This document shows, one piece after another, positions 40,560-50,931 of a stretch of 64,000 nucleotides of DNA. The stretch comes from Hyphomicrobiales bacterium (GTDB lineage Bacteria > Pseudomonadota > Alphaproteobacteria > Rhizobiales > NORP267): positions 146,298 to 210,297 of the forward strand of contig JAJFHA010000022.1 of assembly GCA_021775875.1 (NCBI GenBank), read 5' to 3'. The notes under the pieces are model-generated. The model searched no databases, had not been told where the DNA came from, and saw only the letters and a list, made by a program, of their open reading frames with translations. The stretch's first letter is position 1. Each line of letters begins with the position of its first letter. The translations under genes and the position numbers were made by a program.

Positions 40560-41084
40560 TCAGTCGGCCAGGTTTGAATCATTGGCGCTCCAATAGCCTC
40601 GTGCCAATTTCAAAGTCTCTTCCTTATCCATTTCCCAGAGCGCTTGAAATTCCCTGGAATGGAACAACATTAGTCGCCTGTTATGGATCACCCAGATATG
40701 CGGGTTGCCCTCTGTCGGGCTACCACGACCGGCTGCGACCGGGTCATGACCGCCAAATAGAGGCGAATAAACATTCGGGTCAGCCATAAAAGCCGCGCGA
40801 TTCCCCTCATTCGCAAACCGCCAGAACGCGCCACCCCATTCCAGTTCCATTCCGTCAACACCCTTGCGTGGTGCGCCTGCCACAAAATATGCGACAGGAT
40901 CATAACCCCCAATCGCAAACCCGTTTTGGGATCCGGCCCAGAATGCGACCGACCCCGCGATGCCACGGCTCAAAATAGATTGGGAGGGGGCAAACAGGCC
41001 AAGGCTGAACAAAATTAATACAGCAACAAAAACCGTACGGGTCCTGATTGCCAGTTTTTCGCAATTTTGCCCTGTCTTCGACAT
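40560..41084 (-). CDS. YHS-domain exported protein
   Basis: AIGGYDPVAYF...WRFANEGNRAAF..DP..Y.P.FGG. Confidence 0.85.
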   Translation of the reverse strand: MSKTGQNCEKLAIRTRTVFVAVLILFSLGLFAPSQSILSRGIAGSVAFWAGSQNGFAIGGYDPVAYFVAGAPRKGVDGMELEWGGAFWRFANEGNRAAFMADPNVYSPLFGGHDPVAAGRGSPTEGNPHIWVIHNRRLMLFHSREFQALWEMDKEETLKLARGYWSANDSNLAD

Positions 41085-41226
41085 AAATTATTTTTACCTT
41101 TCAGTTCACAAACCTGATTTTGGATAATGTTTGTCAACGAATTCCAAACAAAATGATACCACATCGGCATTTTCACAGAGCGCGAAAAACAAAACGCCTC
41201 AAAAGAACCCGGAGATTTAGCAGACC

Positions 41227-41832
41227 ATGAACCGCCTTGCTTTCAATATTCTTGCTGGCCTAACCGCCCTAATGCTGTTCAGCGCACCAACGATAGCCCG
41301 CGCAGAGGGCAACGCTCCAAATCAAATTCCCTACGACCAGAATAATGACAATAGTTATTCACCGGATGAAGTCCTTCGAGCCGGTCATGATTTTTTTGGT
41401 GGTGTTTCGCGCGATTTAGCTCTTGCTGTAGAGAGCCTCTTCTCAAAATACGGCCAACCGAATGGCTACATTCTTGGAGAAGAAGGGGGTGGCGCCATCA
41501 TTGGCGGCCTGCGCTATGGTGAAGGCACCCTACACACCCGCAATTCCGGCGAACATAAAATCTATTGGCAAGGCCCCTCAATCGGCTGGGATTTCGGTGC
41601 CGATGGTGGCCGCACCATGATCCTCGTCTATAATATGAACGATACCGAGGAGATGTATCGGCGATATGTCGGCGTCAACGGTTCCGCCTATCTAATTGGC
41701 GGGCTCGGCATTACCGTGCTCAGTAATAATAATGTTTTTGCCGCTCCGATACGGGCAGGTGTTGGCGCGCGTCTTGGTATTAGCGCCGGGTATCTGAAAT
41801 TTACCCACCGCCCAACCTGGAACCCGTTTTAG
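41227..41832 (+). CDS. eipA: DUF1134 envelope integrity protein
   Basis: PNGYILGEEG.GA...GLRYGEG, WQGPS.G.D.G, terminal PTWNPF. Confidence 0.85.
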   Translation: MNRLAFNILAGLTALMLFSAPTIARAEGNAPNQIPYDQNNDNSYSPDEVLRAGHDFFGGVSRDLALAVESLFSKYGQPNGYILGEEGGGAIIGGLRYGEGTLHTRNSGEHKIYWQGPSIGWDFGADGGRTMILVYNMNDTEEMYRRYVGVNGSAYLIGGLGITVLSNNNVFAAPIRAGVGARLGISAGYLKFTHRPTWNPF

Positions 41833-42004
41833 GCCGGCCACAAACCCGTCAAAACAGGCTGGCGGCAAATGTGACTGCTCCGTTAGCCAATTAATTTGGA
41901 CTAACGGGCCTTATGTCTTAAGGTTAAAAAATGGTTGCGCTGGCAGTTCGTCTCTTCTGCTGGCACATTCCAGCCCTCACTTAATGTTTGTTTGAGGTGG
42001 TGCG

Positions 42005-43060
42005 GTGTTTGAAATTATCATGTTGGTCGCCCTCGGGTTTTTGGTAGCCTCGCTTTTCGCTCTTATGTTATCGCCATTTTTGTGGCGGCGGGCTGTCCGC
42101 CTAACCACGCGGCGGATCCAGGGGACAACTCCTCTTTCCATGTCTGACATACAAGCTGACAAAGATCAGTTGCGGGCTGAATTTGCGATGTCCACGCGCA
42201 AACTCGAAATGAACGTGGACAACCTCAAACAGCGCACCAACAACCAGTTGCTCGACATTTCCAAACATACCAGCCGGATCAGCGAGTTGACTGCAGAACT
42301 AAAAGAAAAATCTGACCTCATTGTCGAGCATGAAGACAGCGTCAACGAATACAGCAACAAATTGCAGCGGTCTGAAGATGAGGCCCACAATCTTTTGAAA
42401 TCCTTCAAGGAAGCCACCGTGAATTTGCGTCAGGCACGCGATGACGAGGAAGATGCATCCCGGCAATCCGCTGAAGCTCGTACTATTGTAGACGAACAAA
42501 AAGTTGAACTTGCAGCGCTGAAAACCCGCCTTGCGGCACAGGAACAATCAGTATTTGAATTGACGTCTGAGCGCGACATTCTGACTAAAGAAGCTAGCGT
42601 TGCCAGTGACCGGTTCAGGTCTTTGGATTCGGATCTCGACGCCTTGAAATTGACCGCAGATGACCGGGGCAATCGTCTTGAAAAACTGACCAGAGAATCC
42701 AGCAGCGTTTCTGACGCCCATGAATCCGCACAAAAAGAACTGGTGGAGCTTCGTACCGAGGTTACCGAATTGCGTCAGCAGGCGCAAAACGGCTGGGACG
42801 AAGAACGCATGGAGAATGCCATCCTTCGCGAACGCCTTAACGATGTCGCCACCGAAGTGGCACGGATGACACTTGCATTTGAAGGCTCGGACCCCGAAAT
42901 AGATGCAATTCTTGAGCAGGAAGAAACAGGGTTAGCCGATGCTGCCAACGGAAACAGCAAAGCGCGGTCTCAGGGTACCTCACCAGCCAAAAAAGGCGGC
43001 AAAGGCAAAACCCTTGCTGATCGGATTCGTGTCCTCCAGGCTCAAGTCTCCCGCGCCTGA
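42005..43060 (+). CDS. Membrane-anchored coiled-coil protein
   Basis: N-terminal TM; RRAVRLT.RR...ADKDQLRAEFA; heptad repeats. Confidence 0.75.
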   Translation: MFEIIMLVALGFLVASLFALMLSPFLWRRAVRLTTRRIQGTTPLSMSDIQADKDQLRAEFAMSTRKLEMNVDNLKQRTNNQLLDISKHTSRISELTAELKEKSDLIVEHEDSVNEYSNKLQRSEDEAHNLLKSFKEATVNLRQARDDEEDASRQSAEARTIVDEQKVELAALKTRLAAQEQSVFELTSERDILTKEASVASDRFRSLDSDLDALKLTADDRGNRLEKLTRESSSVSDAHESAQKELVELRTEVTELRQQAQNGWDEERMENAILRERLNDVATEVARMTLAFEGSDPEIDAILEQEETGLADAANGNSKARSQGTSPAKKGGKGKTLADRIRVLQAQVSRA

Positions 43061-43844
43061 TTCAGACCGGAATACTGCTTATAGGCAAAAGTACTTTATC
43101 TCGCTCAGACGATTTTTTTCCGGGACACTGGCAATCAGTGCAATAATTTCTGCTTGCGGTTCAAGTGTCGCAGCAGCACTGAAAATGCCGCCCCTGCCCG
43201 AATTACGCCCGGCAATCACAAATGCGCCAATTCCTGAAATATCCACTTTGGAGATGGCGCCACCGCCCCGGCCGTTTGAACCTGAGGTAACAATTGCAGC
43301 TTGCCAACGATCGCTCGCTGATTTCAGCGCAGAATTCTTACCCGTTCAGCCTATTCAGGAGGCAATCGTTTGTGGCCATGCCCATCCGATTATTCTGGAG
43401 TCACTATTGACGACAAAGGTAACCCTGCTTCCGGCAGCTACATCAAATTGTAATATGGCAGGTGCCCTTGCGCGCTGGCTGGAAAATTATGTGCAACCAG
43501 CCGCCACCACACATTTTGGTGAACCGGTGGTCGCGCTCCGAAATGCCTCATCCTATGTCTGCCGCACCCGCAACAATGTACCGGGCGCACGGGTCAGCGA
43601 ACATGCCACTGCAAACGCGCTGGACGTATCAGCTTTTCAGCTTCGCTCAGGAAACTGGATCAGTGTTTTGGAACATTGGCCAACTGAAGGGCCGGAGGGA
43701 TTATTATTACGTACAGCGCACCAGGGCGGCTGCGCAGAGTTCACCACAATGCTCGGACCGGAAGCCAATGCCAGTCATCTGGATCATTTTCATCTGGATT
43801 TAGGCCGCCACGGCAGCACAGGTACTTACCGGATTTGCGAATAA
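42939..43844 (+). CDS. Extensin-like C-terminal domain protein (true start probably downstream)
   Basis: SSYVCR...SEHATANALD, LGPEAN..H.DHFHLD. Confidence 0.8.
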   Translation: MLPTETAKRGLRVPHQPKKAAKAKPLLIGFVSSRLKSPAPDSDRNTAYRQKYFISLRRFFSGTLAISAIISACGSSVAAALKMPPLPELRPAITNAPIPEISTLEMAPPPRPFEPEVTIAACQRSLADFSAEFLPVQPIQEAIVCGHAHPIILESLLTTKVTLLPAATSNCNMAGALARWLENYVQPAATTHFGEPVVALRNASSYVCRTRNNVPGARVSEHATANALDVSAFQLRSGNWISVLEHWPTEGPEGLLLRTAHQGGCAEFTTMLGPEANASHLDHFHLDLGRHGSTGTYRICE

Positions 43845-43872
43845 TCACGTTTGGTCATTGGCCTGAACATGA

Positions 43873-44328
43873 TCAGTGCCGTCGATGACGCCACCATCCA
43901 CCACGTCTTGCTTCGCCAATTTCAGCGCGTGAATCTGCATCAGACGCCTCAATCGCCCGCAATACGGCAGCCTGCCCGACCGCTTGCACATCATTTAATT
44001 GCTGTCGCACGTCCGCCATCGATTGTTCGAGAGCCGCCTTGTCGAGATTTTCCTGACGCATCAGCGAAAACATCTGTTGCCGGGCATCGCGCAATTCCAG
44101 AAATTCGCGGTCCATGTCAGGGCGCACTTCATCCAGTTCACCATGCAAAATTTCGCGAATTTCATGGGGAAACCGATGCGCGAACGCTCCAAGCATATGA
44201 TGGATCGCACCTGATCGCTCAGGGCCATGAAACCGTGACGCCGCAAAGCCCGCTACAAACAGGTTCAGCGACAAAGAAATGCCGAACAATATCAGAAGCG
44301 TGATCGCCCAATTTCCTCGTATGGTCAT
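43873..44328 (-). CDS. Periplasmic heavy-metal sensor (Spy/CpxP-like)
   Basis: SLSLNLFVAG TM then helical domain. Confidence 0.75.
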   Translation of the reverse strand: MTIRGNWAITLLILFGISLSLNLFVAGFAASRFHGPERSGAIHHMLGAFAHRFPHEIREILHGELDEVRPDMDREFLELRDARQQMFSLMRQENLDKAALEQSMADVRQQLNDVQAVGQAAVLRAIEASDADSRAEIGEARRGGWWRHRRH

Positions 44329-44639
44329 AAAATTTCCAAAACAGTCTGGCTCTCTTCAAACAGCATGATCGACAATTCACTCGCCCCGCCCAGATCAAAC
44401 AGACCTGGATCAAGCGTACCGGCAACATAGCCAAGTCCGACAAACGAGGCCGCAAGCGCCCCACCAATTGTCGCCACGAGGGGATGCGAAACCCGCGCCA
44501 GAAAATGTCCTACCCCTGCTCGCGCCCGAACGTTAGCAATGATCCGTCCGGTCAGCGCCGCCCCCACTGGTTCCACATGGAGCGCTTCGTCAATTTGACG
44601 GTCCATCCAGGACTGGTCACTTTCTGTTTTGTTTGTCAT
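44325..44639 (-). CDS. Putative anti-sigma membrane protein
   Basis: Small single-TM protein directly after an ECF sigma. Confidence 0.6.
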   Translation of the reverse strand: MTNKTESDQSWMDRQIDEALHVEPVGAALTGRIIANVRARAGVGHFLARVSHPLVATIGGALAASFVGLGYVAGTLDPGLFDLGGASELSIMLFEESQTVLEIL

Positions 44640-44648
44640 GTCTGATCT

Positions 44649-45260
44649 CTATCCCCGCTCGCTGTTTTCGCGTGCTATTTTTTTCTCGCGCAAAGTCCGC
44701 CGCGCGCGTGAAATGGCCTGTTCAACCGCACCAATACTAGTGCCCATGGTTGCTGCGATCACCGCATTCGGTTCGCCAGCCAGCGCAGAAAGCAATAAGG
44801 CTGCTTTTTGCTTGTCGGGCAAATTGGCAATATCAGCTTGCACAATCGCCAGATCTTGCCGCGCCCCAATGACCCGTTCAGGTCCGGGTTCCGGGGTAGC
44901 AGCACTATCAGCCTCTACGCCAAAGCCGGAGAACCATGACCGCGCCTTGCGACGCCGCGCCCGGTCTGTGCAAAGGTTGAGCGTGACCCGGTAAAGCCAG
45001 GACGAGAAGGTGGCTTCGCCATCCGCATCCCATTTGTCTTTTGCCCGCCAGACCCGCCAGAAAACCTCCTGAACGATATCTTCGCTCGCTGTCATATCGT
45101 TGGTATAGCGAAGGGCAATGGCACGGATTTTTTCAGCGTGCCGCCCTACAAGGCGTGCGAAAGCGCGTTCATCACCAGCAGCGCTGTCTGCGACGAGCTG
45201 GTGATCGCTGATCGATCCGCTTTGCCCCTGCTGTACCAATGTCAGCATTACGCTCCACAA
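44649..45260 (-). CDS. ECF RNA polymerase sigma factor
   Basis: AF..LV.RH, EDIVQEVF, SWLYRVTLNLC.D, region 4 HTH. Confidence 0.9.
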   Translation of the reverse strand: MWSVMLTLVQQGQSGSISDHQLVADSAAGDERAFARLVGRHAEKIRAIALRYTNDMTASEDIVQEVFWRVWRAKDKWDADGEATFSSWLYRVTLNLCTDRARRRKARSWFSGFGVEADSAATPEPGPERVIGARQDLAIVQADIANLPDKQKAALLLSALAGEPNAVIAATMGTSIGAVEQAISRARRTLREKKIARENSERG

Positions 45261-45327
45261 TTTTTCCGGTGTCCCGAGGATACCACGCTAATCGCGTTAT
45301 CCTCGGGCAAGATTTCAGGAAATGATA

Positions 45328-46104
45328 TTATTCGTCGCCACCACGCGGATTGTCTTGATGCCATTGGCGATGATTGCCATGCCAAGTGCTACGATTGTTG
45401 CGCATCTGGTCCATTTCTTCACGCGATACCCTGCCGTCGCCATCCCCATCAGCCTGGCTGAACATACGCGGTTCGCTGGCCAAAAATTCAGCGAGAGAAA
45501 TTTCACCATTTTCATCCGTATCGAGGCGTTCAAACATGCCGCCTCCACGATGTTCCCCATGACCCTGGCCATGACCTTGGCCTGTCATGCCGCCTTGATG
45601 CTGACCGCCGTGGCCATTGCCATGACCGTGGTCTTGTCCGCCCATACCATGGCCCTGTCCGTGACCGCCCATACCGTGGCGCTGACCATATCCGCCCATA
45701 TCATGGCCGTGACCTTGTCCGCCCATACCATGGCCCTGTCCGTGACCACCCATGCCATGTCGCTGACCATGCCCTCCGCCGCCATGACGTCTGCCATGTT
45801 GTCGGCCACGCATCGCCGCATGGCTTTCCTGCATTTCTTCGCGGGTCACAACACCATCACTATTGGGGTCATGGCGTTCGAACAGCCGGGTGCGGAAATT
45901 TTCGATTTCAGCTTTATCAACAAAGCCGTCTTCGTCCCTGTCAAGAAACCAGAACATCATGCCCTGCATCATGCCCATACCGGGCATCCCGCCACCATGG
46001 CGACTCTGTCCCTGACCGGGACCATGGGCAAATGCCGCACTGCCAATGCCGAGCGCCGCAACGATGCTGGAGGTGATAAGAAGTTTCTTCGTGAAAGGTG
46101 TCAT
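45328..46104 (-). CDS. Exported EF-hand protein with Gly/His/Met-rich repeats
   Basis: Signal peptide; four DxDxDG loops; GHGQGHGMG repeats. Confidence 0.8.
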   Translation of the reverse strand: MTPFTKKLLITSSIVAALGIGSAAFAHGPGQGQSRHGGGMPGMGMMQGMMFWFLDRDEDGFVDKAEIENFRTRLFERHDPNSDGVVTREEMQESHAAMRGRQHGRRHGGGGHGQRHGMGGHGQGHGMGGQGHGHDMGGYGQRHGMGGHGQGHGMGGQDHGHGNGHGGQHQGGMTGQGHGQGHGEHRGGGMFERLDTDENGEISLAEFLASEPRMFSQADGDGDGRVSREEMDQMRNNRSTWHGNHRQWHQDNPRGGDE

Positions 46105-46197
46105 GGATAATTCTCCGTCAGATTAAATTAGCAATTCCTGCCTGCCTCACCCCCTTACACGTCGGCGAAGCCGAAACCTGACGGAAATTTTTATTTT

Positions 46198-46266
46198 CGT
46201 CATCCCGGGCAGTGTGGGCGCAGCCCATCACGTGATCCGCAATCCAGCGTAAAAAGCGGCGAAGCC
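46198..46266. repeat. Partial palindromic intergenic repeat (copy of the 54697 element)
   Basis: CGTCATCCCGGGCAGTGTGGGCGCAGCCCATCACGTGATCCG. Confidence 0.7.
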
Positions 46267-46277
46267 ACTTATTGTCG

Positions 46278-46643
46278 CTATTGGGTAAAATTAATCCGGC
46301 CCAGCTGCTGACCAGTTTTCAGGTCAAAAACCATGATTGCCTGGCTATCATGAGACCCGTAACGCACCGTGAGGCGATGATCCGCCTGGCTCATTTCAAG
46401 TATCTGCGCGCCAGCAGGCAATGTTGCTTCAATCGACCACGGCTCCGCTCCCGCCCCGCGCGTCGCAGTTGCCGGATTATTCCCCATATTGGCTGCCCGG
46501 TAGATAATTGTCGAAAAGACTGCAATAAAGCCCACAACGAGCAACACGCCCATCACATAGACGGTTGTTTTCAAGCCACGCGGCGCTTGCGGGACAATTT
46601 CTTCGCCTTCTTTGGCATTATCCATCTGGTGTTCCATATTCAT
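46278..46643 (-). CDS. Small membrane protein divergent from rluD
   Basis: LK..V.VMGVLL TM; D..TG..LG C-terminus. Confidence 0.65.
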   Translation of the reverse strand: MNMEHQMDNAKEGEEIVPQAPRGLKTTVYVMGVLLVVGFIAVFSTIIYRAANMGNNPATATRGAGAEPWSIEATLPAGAQILEMSQADHRLTVRYGSHDSQAIMVFDLKTGQQLGRINFTQ

Positions 46644-47655
46644 GACTGACGAACCATCCCGTTTTTTTGAAATTACGATCGATCCGGATCAAACCGGGCT
46701 TCGCCTCGATCAGTTTCTTGGCAATAACATTGAATTTCTAAGCCGCACCCGGATCAAGGCATTGATCAAAGACGGCCAGGCCACCCTTGACGGGCGCAAG
46801 ATAGAAGAGCCCAACTACCGGGTCAACGAGGGAGATGAAATCTCTCTGGTTATTCCGCCAGCCGAACCGCCCGAACCGGACGGCGAAGATATCCCGCTCG
46901 ATATTCTGTTTGAAGATGATCACCTGATTGTCATCAACAAACCGGCCGGACTTGTGGTCCATCCCGGCGCCGGTAATTGGACAGGAACCCTTGTAAACGC
47001 GCTGATCGCTCATTGCGGCGACAGCCTGTCAGGCATCGGCGGGGTCAAGCGGCCCGGCATCGTTCACCGGCTGGATAAAGATACCAGCGGCGTGATGGTT
47101 ATTGCGAAAACAGATAAGGCACATCAGGAACTGGCCGCCCAATTCGCCGATCACGGCAAATCAGGCATTCTGGAGCGGGCCTATCAGGCTTTTGTCTGGG
47201 GTGCGCTACAACCAACATTCGGAACCATTGAGACATTTCTTGGCCGCTCTGACCGCAACCGTTTGAAACGCGCAATTGTCAAGGAATCCCGCCCTGACGC
47301 CCGCCAGGCTGTTACCCATTACAAGGTTACAAAAACCTTTGGCGGCGCCAAGAAACACCCGGCTGTATCTTTGGTTGAATGCCGCCTTGAGACCGGGCGC
47401 ACCCACCAGATCCGCGTCCATTTGGCCCATATCGGCCACCCCTTGCTTGGCGACGCGCTTTACGGCCAGGGTTTTAAAACCCGCGAAGCCTTGCTCGACG
47501 ATAATGCCCGGGAAGCCCTGAAAAACCTGTCGCGTCAGGCTCTACATGCGTTTTTCCTGAAATTCAGCCACCCCGAAACTGAAGAACCAATGGAATTCTC
47601 AGCCCCGCTTCCGTCAGACCTTGCTGAATTGAATAAGGCCCTGAAAAACGCCTGA
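46642..47655 (+). CDS. rluD: 23S rRNA pseudouridine synthase
   Basis: S4 domain, NKPAGLVVHP, GIVHRLDKDTSG, TGRTHQIRVH. Confidence 0.92.
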   Translation: MTDEPSRFFEITIDPDQTGLRLDQFLGNNIEFLSRTRIKALIKDGQATLDGRKIEEPNYRVNEGDEISLVIPPAEPPEPDGEDIPLDILFEDDHLIVINKPAGLVVHPGAGNWTGTLVNALIAHCGDSLSGIGGVKRPGIVHRLDKDTSGVMVIAKTDKAHQELAAQFADHGKSGILERAYQAFVWGALQPTFGTIETFLGRSDRNRLKRAIVKESRPDARQAVTHYKVTKTFGGAKKHPAVSLVECRLETGRTHQIRVHLAHIGHPLLGDALYGQGFKTREALLDDNAREALKNLSRQALHAFFLKFSHPETEEPMEFSAPLPSDLAELNKALKNA

Positions 47656-47774
47656 ACCGGGCAGTTCTTTATTCAGGCCTTTAATTCGCCAAAAACAACA
47701 TTATATAAACCATAACGGACGGGGTGGATTTCGCTTATGCGAAACCCCGCAAACAAGTATGGGGAACAATAAAA

Positions 47775-48662
47775 ATGGCTACAAAATCAGTCCCTGCGCT
47801 CACCGGACAAGGTGGATTAACCCGATATTTTCAGGAAATCCGCAAATATCCGATGCTTGAGCCGAAGGAAGAATATAATCTCGCTAAATCCTGGCGCGAA
47901 GACGGTGATCGTGAATCGGCCCACAAATTGGTGACCAGCCATTTGCGACTGGTCGCAAAAATCGCCATGGGCTATCGCGGCTACGGATTGCCAATCACGG
48001 AAGTAATTTCGGAAGGCAATGTGGGCCTGATGCAAGCTGTAAAACGGTTTGAACCGGAACGCGGTTTCCGTTTGGCAACCTATGCCATGTGGTGGATCAG
48101 AGCCTCCATTCAAGAATATGTCCTGCGCTCGTGGAGCTTGGTGAAGCTTGGCACTACGGCTAGTCAGAAAAAACTGTTTTTCAACCTGCGCAAAATCAAG
48201 GGCCAAATTTCTGCCTTTGAAGAAGGTGATATGAAAAACGAGCATGTGGAAGAAATCGCCCACCGCCTCAAGGTTAGCGAAGAAGATGTGGTTTCCATGA
48301 ACCGCCGGATGAGCGGTGATGCGTCGCTGAATTCACCGATCCGAGCTGACGCGGAAGGCGAATGGCAGGATTGGCTGGTTGATGATTCTACCGATCAGGA
48401 AACCGAACTTGCCACGTCGCAGGAATTCAACAGTCGGCTCGCCATGCTTGGTGATGCCATCAAGACGCTGAATGATCGCGAGCGACGGATTTTTGAAGCT
48501 CGTCGCTTGTCTGATGATCCGCTGACTTTGGAAAAACTGTCGGAAGAATTCGGCGTCAGTCGCGAACGCATCCGCCAGATCGAGGTGCGCGCTTTTGAAA
48601 AGGTTCAAAAGGCCGTAACCAACAAAGCGCAAAAAATTGAAGACGCTGTTCTAGGCGGATAA
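47775..48662 (+). CDS. rpoH: Heat-shock sigma factor
   Basis: RpoH box QKKLFFNLRK; SHLRLVAKIAMGYRGYGLP. Confidence 0.95.
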   Translation: MATKSVPALTGQGGLTRYFQEIRKYPMLEPKEEYNLAKSWREDGDRESAHKLVTSHLRLVAKIAMGYRGYGLPITEVISEGNVGLMQAVKRFEPERGFRLATYAMWWIRASIQEYVLRSWSLVKLGTTASQKKLFFNLRKIKGQISAFEEGDMKNEHVEEIAHRLKVSEEDVVSMNRRMSGDASLNSPIRADAEGEWQDWLVDDSTDQETELATSQEFNSRLAMLGDAIKTLNDRERRIFEARRLSDDPLTLEKLSEEFGVSRERIRQIEVRAFEKVQKAVTNKAQKIEDAVLGG

Positions 48663-48680
48663 TCCCACCAGAAAATACGG

Positions 48681-49481
48681 TCAGGTGCGTGAGCGCCTGA
48701 CCGCTTCACTTGCCATCACAATGAACGCGACATAGAAAATCGGCGCCAAAGTCCGCGCTCCGATCCGTGCTGTTTCGGTCAGGAAAAAATACGGCGGCTG
48801 CAAACGGTCCAGCGTCGCCCAGTAAAACCCCATCGGTGGTAGATAAAGAAACATCTGCTCCAACGTTGGCTCCACAACGAAATAGAGCGCAAACCCGGCC
48901 GCCATCATTGCCAGATAATGTCGCAACGAAATTTTACCCCCCGCGCGTGATGCCGCCGGTTCGGCGAACCACATATTTTGTGTCACCAGCAGAAAACAAA
49001 GCCCAGCCAGAAAAACCACGGTCGCAGCGTAATTGCGCACAATGAACATGCCCCCCTGGAATGAAGCGGTTCCAGAATTCATGTTGCTCTCCAGAATGCT
49101 CCCGTAAAGAAATTCCACAACCACAAGGCCTGCAAATACAAGAAATGAAACACCTATCCAGCGCTGCAAAAACTTATCGCCTTTGGCCTTGTCCCGCAGC
49201 ACCGGAAATGTCCTCGACCGTTCCATATAGCGCCCCACCATCAACCCGGTCGCAACCAGAACCAGAAATTGTGGAGCCATCGCCACACCAATTCCAACGA
49301 CTTGCATGGTTGCCATGCCAAGGGACGAGGGGAAAATTTCCAAAAACCGCAAGGACAACCAGGACAGGCTGACAAGCCCTGCTGCAAGCAACAGAAATAT
49401 CCACCAATTAATACGGATCAGATATCCCCCTTGCCGACCGGCAAGGAGAAATGTCTCCCCAATAATGGATAATGGATTCAT
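48681..49481 (-). CDS. Hypothetical multi-pass membrane protein
   Basis: About 6 hydrophobic segments. Confidence 0.6.
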   Translation of the reverse strand: MNPLSIIGETFLLAGRQGGYLIRINWWIFLLLAAGLVSLSWLSLRFLEIFPSSLGMATMQVVGIGVAMAPQFLVLVATGLMVGRYMERSRTFPVLRDKAKGDKFLQRWIGVSFLVFAGLVVVEFLYGSILESNMNSGTASFQGGMFIVRNYAATVVFLAGLCFLLVTQNMWFAEPAASRAGGKISLRHYLAMMAAGFALYFVVEPTLEQMFLYLPPMGFYWATLDRLQPPYFFLTETARIGARTLAPIFYVAFIVMASEAVRRSRT

Positions 49482-49677
49482 ACCGCTCCCTCAGATCAAG
49501 TCTCAATAAAACGCTTTCCTTTATAATCGTTGGGCACGCAAAACTCCTGTTTTCTCCACTTCATCACTTACTTGTGATAGCCATTCGATACCGGATCAGT
49601 TGCCAAATTCGCAACGCTCCTTAGTTTGCTCTTGAGCACACCGAATCTCCGTACAAAATTCATGAAAGGCAATTGCC

Positions 49678-50232
49678 ATGACCAATATTACCCCTCTTAT
49701 GCCACGCCAGAAGGTTCCTGACCTGACGGTAACAACAACCGACGGCGACACCTGGAAACTGTCTGAACAGTCCCCTGAAAACTTCACCATGGTGGTAGTT
49801 TATCGCGGTCTCCATTGCCCGATCTGCAAGGGCTATCTGAATGATCTCAATAATCGTTTGGCGGATTTCAATGGCAAGGGTGTTGAGGTCATCGTTATTT
49901 CTACAGATGATGAAGAACGGACCCAGAAAGCAAAATCTTCCTGGGACCTTGGCAACCTCACCATAGCCCATGGTTTCAGCCTGGATGATGCCCGCGATTG
50001 GGGTCTCTATATCTCGACCAGCAATGGCAAAACCTCGATGGGTGTTGTGGAGCCAGATCTTTTTGCAGAACCCGGGATTTTCGTTGTCCGTCCGGACGGC
50101 ACCCTCTATTTCGGTTCAGTGCAGACCATGCCGTTTGCCCGTCCGCAATTTGCGGAAATTGCCGGTGCGATGGATTATGTCATCGCCAACAATTACCCGG
50201 CACGCGGCGAGGTGGTAGATCACAATTCCTGA
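49678..50232 (+). CDS. Peroxiredoxin-like (AhpC/TSA) protein
   Basis: YRGLHCPIC, EPG.F, QTMPFARP. Confidence 0.88.
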   Translation: MTNITPLMPRQKVPDLTVTTTDGDTWKLSEQSPENFTMVVVYRGLHCPICKGYLNDLNNRLADFNGKGVEVIVISTDDEERTQKAKSSWDLGNLTIAHGFSLDDARDWGLYISTSNGKTSMGVVEPDLFAEPGIFVVRPDGTLYFGSVQTMPFARPQFAEIAGAMDYVIANNYPARGEVVDHNS

Positions 50233-50250
50233 ACTTGAATTTCAGATGAT

Positions 50251-50280
50251 TAAGGGCGGGGATTTCCCCGCCCTTTTTTA
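50251..50280. terminator. Intrinsic terminator
   Basis: AAGGGCGGGG-ATTT-CCCCGCCCTTTTTT. Confidence 0.85.
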
Positions 50281-50286
50281 TTGCCT

Positions 50287-50919
50287 TTAAGCAGGCATCG
50301 GGATCGGCCCGACATCTTTTGGCACCTTGCATCCGGCAATCACGGCCGGGCGGGACGCGATGTCCACATACCAGCGTTTGACGTTCGGAAATTCATTCAG
50401 GTCAATATTCTGCCATTCAAACCGCGACGCCCAGGGCCATGCCGCGATATCGGCGATTGAATAATCACCAACAATATAATCCCGGCCTTCGAGTCTTTTA
50501 TCAAGAACGCCGTAAAGCCGCCTAGTCTCCGTGCCATAGCGGTTTGAGGCATATTCGGAAACCTCCGGGTTGAACCGCAGAAAATGATGCGCCTGACCGA
50601 GCATTGGACCAAACCCTCCCATTTGCCACATCAGCCATTCGATCGTTTCCCAATATTCCGGGCCGTCTTTCACCATGAACTTTCCGGTCTTGTCGGCCAG
50701 GTACATCAGGATCGCGCCGGTCTCCATAACCGATTGCCCGGTATCGCGATCAACGATTGCCGGAATTTTATTATTGGGTGAGATTTTCAGAAAATCCGGT
50801 GCAAACTGGTCGTCTTCCATAATATTGATCGGATGGGTTTCATATTCCAGCCCAACCTCTTCCAGCATGATCGAGACCTTGCGCCCGTTCGGGGTGCCCC
50901 AAGTATAAAGATCTATCAA
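50287..50919 (-). CDS. Glutathione S-transferase (YfcG/Ure2-like)
   Basis: TPNG.K, SPNNKIPAIVD, WQMGG.GPM.GQ. Confidence 0.9.
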   Translation of the reverse strand: MIDLYTWGTPNGRKVSIMLEEVGLEYETHPINIMEDDQFAPDFLKISPNNKIPAIVDRDTGQSVMETGAILMYLADKTGKFMVKDGPEYWETIEWLMWQMGGFGPMLGQAHHFLRFNPEVSEYASNRYGTETRRLYGVLDKRLEGRDYIVGDYSIADIAAWPWASRFEWQNIDLNEFPNVKRWYVDIASRPAVIAGCKVPKDVGPIPMPA

Positions 50920-50931
50920 TTGATTATCCCT

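Noticed and set aside
45560-45780. CRISPR-like repeats
   Set aside because: In-frame coding repeats without unique spacers; no cas genes
45322-46110. 262-aa plus-strand Met/Thr/Ala-repeat ORF
   Set aside because: Antisense to the EF-hand gene, which has the signal peptide and motifs
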